NCBI GenBank assembly: GCA_963664395.2
Contig: OY761159.2
Location: 3,936,001 to 4,000,000 of the forward strand
DNA from: Candidatus Binatia bacterium
GTDB taxonomy: Bacteria > Desulfobacterota > Binatia > Bin18
DNA length: 64,000 nucleotides
Direction: 5' to 3'
In this document: piece by piece, positions 26,877-35,337 of the stretch
How positions within the stretch are numbered: position 1 is the stretch's first letter
Layout of the letters: the number at the start of each line of letters is the position of its first letter
Position numbers and translations under genes: made by a program
The notes under the pieces: generated by a model
Databases searched by the model: none
Seen by the model: only the letters and a program-made list of their open reading frames with translations
What the model was told of the DNA's origin: nothing

Positions 26877-28040
26877 CTATCGCCCGGACCGACCCGCCTT
26901 CCGGACTCGTTCTACGATACGGGGAAGCCTCTGTATAACCGATTCAATGCCTTCTTCCGTCGTATCTTTCCCGGCGCTAAACCGAATTGCACTCTTGGCG
27001 TCGGCTTCGTCGCAGCCCACGGCCAAAAGAACGTGAGACGGTTCAACCGACCCTGCCGCACACGCGGAGCCGGTGGAGACCGCAATACCTGCGAGATCAA
27101 GACCCATCATTAAGCCTTCACCCGAGGCTCCGGCAAAACCGACATTTAAGGTGTTCGGCAAACAGGCGTGCGTCGGCGTGTAACGGACCACATCCGAAAT
27201 ATGCCTCTGTATGCCGTCCCACAGGCGAGCTATGAGATGTATCAGACGCAGGCTGGTTGTTTCAATGTCTTGGGCGCAGAGCTGAGCCGCGAATCCAAAG
27301 CCGACGGCAGCAGCCACATTCTCCGTGCCCGGCCGTTTTTCACGTTCTTGTGGGCCGCCATGAAAAACAGGATACAACGCGGTCCCTTTGCGCACATACA
27401 ATGCGCCGATCCCTTTTGGACCATAAATTTTATGCGCGGACAGTGATAATACATCGACCCCGAGCTGGTTCACATCAACGGGGATTTTCCCCGCTGCCTG
27501 GACCGCATCCACATGGAACGGAATAGCTCGTTCACGGATCGTGTGGCTCAACTCTCGAACAGGCTGGAGGGTGCCAATCTCGTGGTTGGCAAGTCCGATA
27601 CTCACTAAGGCGGTGTTTGGGGTAAGGGCTGCTTCAAGATCTCTCGGACTGACTCGTCCTTGGCCATTAACCGCGAGTGTCACTATTTCAACAGGCGCGC
27701 CAGCAGTGCCGAGGGCTTTGACTGTTTCCAGGACAGACGAGTGTTCGATGGCAGTGGTCACGATGCGGGAAGAGGCTTCTCCCCTGGGCTTCAGTAGCCC
27801 GTGCAAGGCGAGATTATTACTTTCCGTACCCCCACTGGTAAAAAGTATTTCTGAGGACATGGCTCCAATCAGGGCTGCAACCTGATCGCGGGCCGTTTCC
27901 AGAGCTTGTTTGGCTTGCCGCCCAGCCCAGTGCAGGCTTGACGGATTGCCGAAATTCCCTACTAAGCAGGGCAGCATGGCCTCTACGACTTCCGACCGTA
28001 TGGGCGTCGTTGCATTATGGTCAAGATAGATCTGCTGCAT
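26877..28040 (-). CDS. iscS: Cysteine desulfurase (IscS/NifS family)
   Basis: YLDHNATT, FTSGGTE, SAHKIYGPKG and STGSAC motifs; ATG at 28040 preferred. Confidence 0.92.
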   Translation of the reverse strand: MQQIYLDHNATTPIRSEVVEAMLPCLVGNFGNPSSLHWAGRQAKQALETARDQVAALIGAMSSEILFTSGGTESNNLALHGLLKPRGEASSRIVTTAIEHSSVLETVKALGTAGAPVEIVTLAVNGQGRVSPRDLEAALTPNTALVSIGLANHEIGTLQPVRELSHTIRERAIPFHVDAVQAAGKIPVDVNQLGVDVLSLSAHKIYGPKGIGALYVRKGTALYPVFHGGPQEREKRPGTENVAAAVGFGFAAQLCAQDIETTSLRLIHLIARLWDGIQRHISDVVRYTPTHACLPNTLNVGFAGASGEGLMMGLDLAGIAVSTGSACAAGSVEPSHVLLAVGCDEADAKSAIRFSAGKDTTEEGIESVIQRLPRIVERVRKAGRSGR

Positions 28041-28050
28041 AGGTTGCCCC

Positions 28051-28803
28051 TTAGCGCCAAGGCAGCCGGACGTCTTGGATGGCTTCGAGTGCACGATGGT
28101 GGGTGAGGTCCGCGCGTAAGGGAGTGACCGATATATAGCCGTCCTGGACGGCGACGCAGTCTGAGCCCTCTATGGGATCGAAGCCCAGAGCGTCGCCCCC
28201 GATCCAGTAGTATTTTCTGCCTCTCGGATCCGTGCGTACGTCAATATTCTCGCCGTAGTGTCGCTTGCCCTGGCGCGTAAAACAATAGCCTCTGATCTGG
28301 TCACGCGGCAGGTTGGGCACGTTGACGTTCAACAGGCTATCCGCTGGAAACTGAGGGGTCTGAATTTCCGCCGCCAGCATAGCTGAGAACTCGGCAGCCG
28401 CTTGGAAATGGTAGGGAGCCGTAAATGTCACCAGCGAGACGGCAATAGCTGGAATGCCTAAGAGGGCTCCTTCGAGCGCAGCGGCAACCGTACCCGAATA
28501 TGTAATATCGTCTCCCATATTCGGTCCTTTGTTGATGCCTGAAACAACCAGGTCGGGACGAACGGGTAAAAACCCTTTGACTGCAATATTGATACAATCG
28601 GTTGGCGTCCCGTTGACTGCAAAGCGTCGTGGTGCAATCTCTTCGATCCGCAGGGGCCGATGTAATGTCAGAGAATGACTGACCGCACTTTGCTCTTTGT
28701 CGGGAGCAACGGTATAGACCTCACCAACGCTCGCGAGTGCTTCTTCGAGGCAACGAATGCCTTCTGACTGGATACCGTCATCGTTCGACACCAGAATCAC
28801 CAT
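28051..28803 (-). CDS. surE: 5'/3'-nucleotidase SurE
   Basis: SNDDG, GTPTDC, SGINKG and YSGTVAAA motifs. Confidence 0.97.
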   Translation of the reverse strand: MVILVSNDDGIQSEGIRCLEEALASVGEVYTVAPDKEQSAVSHSLTLHRPLRIEEIAPRRFAVNGTPTDCINIAVKGFLPVRPDLVVSGINKGPNMGDDITYSGTVAAALEGALLGIPAIAVSLVTFTAPYHFQAAAEFSAMLAAEIQTPQFPADSLLNVNVPNLPRDQIRGYCFTRQGKRHYGENIDVRTDPRGRKYYWIGGDALGFDPIEGSDCVAVQDGYISVTPLRADLTHHRALEAIQDVRLPWR

Positions 28804-28826
28804 AGTGATATTTCACCAGAAAGCTG

Positions 28827-28861
28827 AAAAGAAGAGAAGGCGATCACCTGCGTGATCGCCT
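28827..28861 (-). terminator. Hairpin/terminator downstream of tRNA-Pro
   Basis: AGGCGATCAC-4 nt-GTGATCGCCT followed by a pyrimidine run on the minus strand. Confidence 0.6.
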
Positions 28862-28879
28862 CCCCTAACGTAACCAACA

Positions 28880-28956
28880 TGGTCGGGGTGAGCCGATTTG
28901 AACGGCCGACCACTCGCACCCCAAGCGAGTACGCTACCAGACTGCGCCACACCCCG
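28880..28956 (-). tRNA. tRNA-Pro(GGG)
   Basis: Cloverleaf CGGGGTG...CACCCCGACCA; anticodon loop TTGGGGT; CCA encoded. Confidence 0.95.
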
Positions 28957-29090
28957 CTCTGCTCCCTCATATCGCTTGGGGGCTGAAAGGGTCAAGGGCC
29001 TGGTGGCTTCTCTGATTCGTTGTTTCTTGTTATGCGGAAGAGAAATACTGAGTCCTCCGAGTAGAATTCCGAGGATGATGAGAGGCGAAT

Positions 29091-29465
29091 ATGTCAACGT
29101 ACACAGGTGGTTGTCATTGCGGGCGAGTCCGGTTTGAGGTCTCTGGTCAGATCGAGCGGGTGTTGAATTGTAATTGCTCAATCTGTCGCAAGAAGGGTTT
29201 TCTGCACTGGATCGTCGAACCTGAGCGCTTTCACTTACTGTCTTCTTCAGACGCCCTCAGCCTGTACGAATTTCATACCAAGACGGCCAAGCATTACTTT
29301 TGTTCTACGTGTGGTATCTCCTCGTACTATATTCCACGTTCACACCCCAATATGATCGATGTGAATGTGCGCTGTCTGGATAAGGTAAATCTGGAAGAGC
29401 TGGAAATCGAACGTTTCAACGGTCAGGACTGGGAGCAGGCCCGGGCGAATCTTGATGACACGTAA
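29091..29465 (+). CDS. GFA / CENP-V family Zn protein
   Basis: GGCHCG, CNCSIC, FCSTCG and VNVRCL motifs. Confidence 0.92.
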   Translation: MSTYTGGCHCGRVRFEVSGQIERVLNCNCSICRKKGFLHWIVEPERFHLLSSSDALSLYEFHTKTAKHYFCSTCGISSYYIPRSHPNMIDVNVRCLDKVNLEELEIERFNGQDWEQARANLDDT

Positions 29466-29477
29466 ACCGGGTGCCGG

Positions 29478-29738
29478 TTAATCCACAAAGTGTCCGATGT
29501 CGAGCGTAATAAACCGATAGCCCAGGGCCTTGCCATGTTTAATCAACGGCTCACGGATTGTATCTTCGAGTAAACGCGGACAATCCGCTGCTGGGGCCAT
29601 AATGCAGACCATGTCGTCATCTACCCGAACAGGATAGGCTGGAAAGCCAAGCTCCTGAAATATCTCGACCCAGGCTGCGGACGGATCATTTTGATCGGCG
29701 TGCAGGGACTGGGAACGGTCTGGATTCTGATCCTTCAT
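29478..29738 (-). CDS. Small hypothetical protein resembling the LarE C-terminal subdomain
   Basis: ELGFPAYPVRV...KALGYRFITLDIG; a TTCAGT-17-TACACT promoter lies 8 nt before the ATG. Confidence 0.55.
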   Translation of the reverse strand: MKDQNPDRSQSLHADQNDPSAAWVEIFQELGFPAYPVRVDDDMVCIMAPAADCPRLLEDTIREPLIKHGKALGYRFITLDIGHFVD

Positions 29739-29802
29739 GGCTAGCGAGTGTACTACAAAACAGGCAACGACTGAATCGTGTGTTTGAGAAAGCGAGTGAG
29801 GG

Positions 29803-30450
29803 ATGGCAGACGCTGGCGTCATCTTTGATCTTGATGGGGTCCTCATTGACTCTGAGGGGTTGTACTACCGCGCGTATACCGAAGTGCTCAAGCCGTATGG
29901 CGTCACAGTGACGCAGCGAGAATATGAAGAGTACTGGATCGCCCAAGGAATCGGACCGGAATACATTGTAGAAAAGAATAATTTGCCGGTCGCGCCTGAT
30001 ACCTTGCGCAAGCTTCGCTCGCCTATTTTTCTTAAATTGTTGGAAACGGAAGTCACGCTCATGCCCTATGTGGAGGAAACCCTGACGCATTTGTCCGAGC
30101 ATTTTGGACTCACCGTCGCAACCAACAGTAACCGTGAACATTTGGACTTTGTGCTGAAGCGTTTCGGCATCGACCGTTTTTTCGATCGAACTATCGCACG
30201 TCAGGATTATGAAAAAGCTAAACCTGAGCCGGATGCCTTCTTAGCTGCGGCAAAAAAACTCGGCCTGGCCCGAGAGCGGTGCGTGGTCGTGGAAGACACG
30301 TATCGTGGTGTCACGGCGGCTGCCCAAGCCGGCATTGCCTGCATCGCCGTACCGAACGCATACACCCAAAACAACGACTTTAGTCAGGCTACACTCGTCT
30401 TGTCCAACCTTGGAGAATTAACGCCCGAGGTGGTGCGGTTACTGCTCTAA
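29803..30450 (+). CDS. HAD-family phosphatase (beta-PGM-like)
   Basis: FDLDGVLIDSE, KPEPD and VVEDT motifs. Confidence 0.92.
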   Translation: MADAGVIFDLDGVLIDSEGLYYRAYTEVLKPYGVTVTQREYEEYWIAQGIGPEYIVEKNNLPVAPDTLRKLRSPIFLKLLETEVTLMPYVEETLTHLSEHFGLTVATNSNREHLDFVLKRFGIDRFFDRTIARQDYEKAKPEPDAFLAAAKKLGLARERCVVVEDTYRGVTAAAQAGIACIAVPNAYTQNNDFSQATLVLSNLGELTPEVVRLLL

Positions 30451-30528
30451 TCCCTTTCCAATATGCAGGTTTTCCTTTATTGTAGCCCCTCGATAGTGCC
30501 GGGGAAGCACTCCAAAGGAGGAGGATGC

Positions 30529-31404
30529 ATGACGGTCCAAGAAGTAAACCTAGACGCGAAACAGTTCACGGATAACTATGTTCAGGCCAACGGACTGACG
30601 TTTCACTATCTCGACTGGGGCAGCCCGGAAAAGCCCTCATTAGTACTACTCCATGGAGTAGGGCAGACCTGCCATACCTGGGATTTGTTTGCGGCGGCCA
30701 TGTCTGAACATTTTCACGTCATGGCTTTTGATCAGCGCGGACATGGGGATACGGACTGGGCTGCGGATAAAGACTATTCACGCGCAACCATGGTCGAGGA
30801 CGCCGATGCCTTCACCGCTGCGCTCGGTCTGGATCACTTTTTTTTGACAGGCATGTCGATGGGGGGAGCAAACTCGCTCGCATTCACTGCAAAGTATCCT
30901 CACAAAGTCGAAGCCCTGGTCGTTGTTGATGTCGGCCCGCGTGTGGAGCCCAAAGGCGTGAAGCATATTCGTGATTTTATGAAAAACTACCGTGAATTTG
31001 ACTCCCTGGATCAAGCTGCGGAAGTGATTCACACGTTTAATCCAAGGCGGCCACTCGAAGTCATACGCACCTACACAGTGGTGTATAACCTCAAAGAGAC
31101 TCCAGCGGGCAAGTGGACCTGGAAATACGATACATATTTCAGCGACGGCCACCGTAAGGTTGATGTCAAACAGATGCAGGAAGAGCTGTCTGTGGCAGTC
31201 AAGAAAATCCAGTGTCCGACTTTAGTGGTCAAGGGCGGCGAGAGCGATGTCTTTTCACTGGATGGCGCACGAGGCTTACAGGAACTGATTCCCGGTGCGG
31301 AGTTTGCCGTAGTGCCCAAGGCCGGCCACTCTGTCATGGGAGACAATCCGCAAGGTTTTGAGTCAGCGGTTCGTGGGTTTTATGAGAAAAAGGGCTATCT
31401 GTAG
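30529..31404 (+). CDS. Alpha/beta hydrolase
   Basis: LLHG, DQRGHG, GMSMGG and AGH motifs; strong RBS before the ATG at 30529. Confidence 0.9.
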   Translation: MTVQEVNLDAKQFTDNYVQANGLTFHYLDWGSPEKPSLVLLHGVGQTCHTWDLFAAAMSEHFHVMAFDQRGHGDTDWAADKDYSRATMVEDADAFTAALGLDHFFLTGMSMGGANSLAFTAKYPHKVEALVVVDVGPRVEPKGVKHIRDFMKNYREFDSLDQAAEVIHTFNPRRPLEVIRTYTVVYNLKETPAGKWTWKYDTYFSDGHRKVDVKQMQEELSVAVKKIQCPTLVVKGGESDVFSLDGARGLQELIPGAEFAVVPKAGHSVMGDNPQGFESAVRGFYEKKGYL

Positions 31405-31447
31405 GCCCCACGAAAGACCCAGTGAAAACGAATGGGGAGATACACAT

Positions 31448-32239
31448 ATGGATCTCGGTCTCAAAGATAAAGTTGTCATTGTCGGCGGTGCAAGTAAGGG
31501 CATTGGTCAGGCGACTGCGTTGGCGTTTGCCAAAGAGGGCGCAAAAGTCGTGGTCTGCGCCCGTAACCCGGAACTATTGGAAAAGTCTGCGAGCGAGATT
31601 CAAAGCGAAACAGGAGCCGAGGTGCTGGCCGTGGCCGGAGACCTCTCGCAAGCCGAAGCAACCGAAAAGCTGGTCGATGAAACTATTGCAACATTCGGCA
31701 CCGTTCACGTCCTCGTGCCTAATACTGGCGGCCCTCCATTAGGTGGCTTTGGAGACATGGATGACGCCGCCTGGGAAAGTGCTTTTGCGCTCAACTTCCT
31801 CAGCACTGTTCGGCTGATCCGCAAGGCTCTGCCATATATGCAAAAGCAGCACTGGGGCCGTATTGTCAGCGTCATGTCTATGTCAGTCAAAGAACCGATT
31901 GACGGTCTCATCTTATCTAATGGCGTGCGCCCGGCCGTGATCGGTATGGCCAAGACGCTGTCACGCGAGGTTGGGAAGTATAATATTACGGTCAACACGG
32001 TATTACCCGGCCGTATTCTCACCGACCGTCTGAAAGGGGCGCTGGCCATCCGGGCTGAAAAAGCTGGCATCCCCTTGGAACAAGCCCTGGAAGAGAGTGG
32101 CAAAGATGTCCCACTCGGCCGGATTGGTGAGCCTGTAGAAATGGCCAACGGCATTGTCTTTCTCGCTTCGGAGGCGGCCAGTTATATTACTGGAACGAGC
32201 CTCCAGATTGATGGCGGCGCGATTCGGGGCTTGCTGTAG
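31448..32239 (+). CDS. Short-chain dehydrogenase/reductase
   Basis: GASKGIG, NTGGPP, NTVLPG and IDGG motifs. Confidence 0.9.
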   Translation: MDLGLKDKVVIVGGASKGIGQATALAFAKEGAKVVVCARNPELLEKSASEIQSETGAEVLAVAGDLSQAEATEKLVDETIATFGTVHVLVPNTGGPPLGGFGDMDDAAWESAFALNFLSTVRLIRKALPYMQKQHWGRIVSVMSMSVKEPIDGLILSNGVRPAVIGMAKTLSREVGKYNITVNTVLPGRILTDRLKGALAIRAEKAGIPLEQALEESGKDVPLGRIGEPVEMANGIVFLASEAASYITGTSLQIDGGAIRGLL

Positions 32240-32240
32240 C

Positions 32241-32999
32241 GTGGACCCTATTCTCCAAGCTGCCGTTCATGCTGCTCACGCTGCTGGCGACATTGCCCGG
32301 CACTATTTCAAAACCAACCTGACGGTTGAGATCAAAGCTGATCGTACACCAGTAACCAAAGCCGACCGGGAGTGTGAAGCGTGCATTGTTGACGTGCTAC
32401 GCACGCAGTTCCCGGACTATGGCTTTCTGGGTGAAGAGCTCGGCGAGCAGCCGGGAAACAGGTCAGTCCGGTGGATTATTGACCCCATCGACGGCACTAA
32501 AAATTTTATTCGTGGGATTCCCTTTTTTGCCACCCTCATTGCCCTTGAAGAAGACGGAGAAGTCACCGCCGGCGTGATGTACGCGCCAGCCCTTGACGAC
32601 CTGCTGTATGCCCAAAAAGGGCAGGGCGCGTTTGCCAATGGTAAACAGGTGTATGTCTCAGACGTGAACCGGCTGCAAGATGCCATGCTGATTCACGGCG
32701 GTCTGAATGATCTGAAAGCCCGTCCCTGTTGGCATCCTTTTTTGCGCTTGGTTGATGCGACCTCTCGACAGCGAGGATTTGGGGATGCGTTAGGGCATAG
32801 TTTGGTGGTGCAAGGGCTGGCCGAGGTCGCCCTGGAGCCGGAAATCAAACCCTGGGATGTCGCAGCAACCAAGATTATTCTCACCGAGGCGGGCGGACGG
32901 TTTTCTGATTTTGCCGGAACGCCGTCTATTTACACAGGTGACGCGGTGATTTCAAACGGACAGGTACACGACCAGATTATACGTATTGTGCAAGGTTGA
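32241..32999 (+). CDS. hisN: Inositol monophosphatase family, probable histidinol-phosphatase
   Basis: PVTKAD, GEE, IDPIDGTKNF, RGFGD and WDVAA motifs; GTG start right after the SDR. Confidence 0.75.
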   Translation: MDPILQAAVHAAHAAGDIARHYFKTNLTVEIKADRTPVTKADRECEACIVDVLRTQFPDYGFLGEELGEQPGNRSVRWIIDPIDGTKNFIRGIPFFATLIALEEDGEVTAGVMYAPALDDLLYAQKGQGAFANGKQVYVSDVNRLQDAMLIHGGLNDLKARPCWHPFLRLVDATSRQRGFGDALGHSLVVQGLAEVALEPEIKPWDVAATKIILTEAGGRFSDFAGTPSIYTGDAVISNGQVHDQIIRIVQG

Positions 33000-33068
33000 G
33001 GAGCCAGCTTGGAGACATATCTTTGTCCCAGAAGGCTGTGCTCCCCTCGGCACCCCGCACTACTTCTA

Positions 33069-34187
33069 TCAAATACCGTAAAACTTTGCGGCATTTGTTC
33101 CCAGGATCTTATCTACCGATGCCGTTGGTAAAGAGGAAAGTACCTCACGTGCCTTCCGGACCGGATCGACAAATCCTTCGGCATGCGGGTAGTCGGAGCC
33201 GATAAAGAAGCGGTCGTCGCCGGCAAACTGAACCATAAGGGGAAACATCTTTTCCTCCGGATCACCGTTAACCCAGATATTACGGGCAAAATACTCGCTT
33301 GCCGGTCGTTTCATCTGTGAAGTGTGGCCCATATACTTGTAGCGATAATCGACCCGCTCCAGCCACTCGCCCACCCAGCCGACCATGGCTTCAATGGTCC
33401 CGACGCGCAGCTTTGGAAAGCGCTCAAACACGCCATCATACATCATCGCCGTGACAGCCTGACGCGGGTCTTGGATGATACTCATGGTGATATACATGAA
33501 GCCGGGATTGCGGTCGCGAAACCACTCACTACCGGTGTAGTTCGGATGACCGACGAGGTGGAGACCAACGCTGAGATTAAGATCTTGGGCTGCGGCCCAA
33601 ACTGGATCGTACTCCGGCAGGCCAAAGCTCTTGCCATCGATCGGTGCAGCCGCGATGAAGATTGTCCGGCCGCCGAGCTTGGCGATGCGCTCCATCTCCC
33701 GCACGGCCAACTGCGGATCACGCATCGAGATATGAGCGGCGGGGTAGAGACGATTTTTATGCGGGGAACAGATCTCGAATGTCCAGGTGTTATAGGCGCG
33801 GCAGTGGGCATCGGCCAGGTAAGGGTCGGCTATTTCGCCCTCCCAAAACAGGCCGAGGGTCGGATAGATGACTTGGGATTCCATCTTCTCGTCATCTAAG
33901 AACTGCACCCGCTTGTCCATGTCTTCCCAATCCGCACTATAATAATGGTAGCGATCGAAAGTGCTCAGGTCCTGGCCCGCCTCTTTTTGGCCATAGCCGA
34001 CAACACCGCCCAGAAATTCCTCGACATCAAAAACATTCATGGGCTTGTCATCAACCAGAAATTTCTTCTCGCCACTCACGGGGTCGGTCGCGCTTTTCAT
34101 GGCTCGCTCTCGATAGGCCGGATCAATATAACGCTCAAACAAGTCTAAGGGCTCAATAAAATGGGCATCTCCATCAACGACTTTCAT
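33069..34187 (-). CDS. Amidohydrolase family 2 protein
   Basis: DGDAH, GVFERFPKL, GSDYPH and ILGTNA motifs. Confidence 0.9.
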   Translation of the reverse strand: MKVVDGDAHFIEPLDLFERYIDPAYRERAMKSATDPVSGEKKFLVDDKPMNVFDVEEFLGGVVGYGQKEAGQDLSTFDRYHYYSADWEDMDKRVQFLDDEKMESQVIYPTLGLFWEGEIADPYLADAHCRAYNTWTFEICSPHKNRLYPAAHISMRDPQLAVREMERIAKLGGRTIFIAAAPIDGKSFGLPEYDPVWAAAQDLNLSVGLHLVGHPNYTGSEWFRDRNPGFMYITMSIIQDPRQAVTAMMYDGVFERFPKLRVGTIEAMVGWVGEWLERVDYRYKYMGHTSQMKRPASEYFARNIWVNGDPEEKMFPLMVQFAGDDRFFIGSDYPHAEGFVDPVRKAREVLSSLPTASVDKILGTNAAKFYGI

Positions 34188-34338
34188 ATACAGCCCTCCT
34201 TTCGTATGGTTTTATCGTGTGTCTCTTATGGTGGTACTGCTGTCTGTGAGGAAATGCAAGGGAACTGAACCGAATGGACCTGTGGTAGGCGCAGGGTATT
34301 TAGGCTACAACTGGGGCAACACAAGAGGAGGCAGCAGT

Positions 34339-34959
34339 ATGGATACTCCAATTGAAATCATCGAGTTCTCAGATTACCTGTGACCCTGGTGCTTTCCGGC
34401 CGCGGAGCGGCTCCGAAAGATCAAGGAACGCTATGGTGACCGGGTAACCGTCAAATGGCAGCCCTTTGCCTTGCGCCCGCACTATGAGGCCACCCCGTTC
34501 CAGTTTAAGGACAGCTATGTGGAGCACGCCTGGCGTAAGGCATCGGCACTGGCTGAGCCAGACGGTCTGGCATATTCCATGTGGCCGCATGAAGAATTCC
34601 CACGCTGGAGCATGCCTGGCTTGGAAGCTGGTATGGCCGCTCAGCGTCAGGGGGAGGATGTCTTCCTCCGTTTTCACACGGGATTGTTTCGTTCTTTTTT
34701 CATTGAGAACAAGAGTCTGATTGAAAAAGAGACCTGTGTTGCTGTTGCCCGGCACGTTGGCCTCGATATGAACGCCTTCCTGCGTGATATTGAAGATAAA
34801 GCCTTACAAGACCAGGTTCGTCAGCAATGTGAAGACGCGGTGAATACGTATTTCGTGAGTGCGGTTCCTACTGTCCTCATTGGCGGTAAAACGCGCCAAA
34901 TCGGCATGGTACCGGCTGAAGCCTACCTGGAAGACCTTGCGAGGCTCGGAGTCGCATAA
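34339..34959 (+). CDS. DsbA/FrnE-family selenoprotein (UxxC)
   Basis: GAGGAGG RBS and ATG at 34339 give MDTPIEIIEFSDYL-U(TGA 34381-34383)-PWC, in frame with ORF 34471..34959; cis-Pro loop AVPT. Confidence 0.88.
34392..34419 (+). promoter_or_regulatory. Bacterial SECIS-like hairpin
   Basis: CTTTC..GCCGC-GGA-GCGGC...GAAAG, with a G-initiated apical loop 20 nt after the TGA. Confidence 0.65.
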
Positions 34960-34968
34960 AGGCCGTAT

Positions 34969-35223
34969 ATGGCAGACAAGGATGAACATACATTTCACTT
35001 GCGCTTCTCCCTGAGTACTCAAATTCCCCTGGAATCGTGGGATGATGAAGATTTTGAGGGAGACGAGTGGTTGAACGAATGGGAAATAAAAGTAAAGCCG
35101 GGTCTGGTCCGAGAAGTTTTTACATATTTGCGCCAGTTTGAAGGTTGGAGTTGCCATATCCGCAATCGCGGTGTGTCTCCGATTGATGAAATTGAAATCG
35201 TGATGCACAAAGAGGAGGGGTAA
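34969..35223 (+). CDS. Small acidic hypothetical protein
   Basis: 84 aa, 9 nt after the seleno-DsbA stop; contains WSCHIRNRGVSPIDEIEI. Confidence 0.75.
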   Translation: MADKDEHTFHLRFSLSTQIPLESWDDEDFEGDEWLNEWEIKVKPGLVREVFTYLRQFEGWSCHIRNRGVSPIDEIEIVMHKEEG

Positions 35224-35271
35224 GACTCACAATAGTGCGGCGCTTTCGCCTATACGCATACTGTCTGGGGC

Positions 35272-35310
35272 AAGACAAAAGGCAGGCATTATGCCTGCCT
35301 TTTGTCTTTT
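35272..35310. terminator. Bidirectional terminator
   Basis: 18-bp inverted repeat AAGACAAAAGGCAGGCAT / ATGCCTGCCTTTTGTCTT between convergent genes. Confidence 0.85.
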
Positions 35311-35337
35311 AAGAGATTGCTCTCTGTTATCAGACAA

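Noticed and set aside
28880-28956. tRNA genes as integration sites for an island
   Set aside because: No integrase, no duplicated tRNA 3' end seen, and the flanking genes are housekeeping.
28813-29181. ORFs across tRNA-Pro (and 60821..61333, 62770..63216 across other tRNAs)
   Set aside because: They are translations of tRNA sequence or antisense to real genes.
34471-34473. TTG start for the DsbA-like ORF
   Set aside because: It would remove the active site; the RBS and ATG at 34339 with UGA recoding explain the sequence better.
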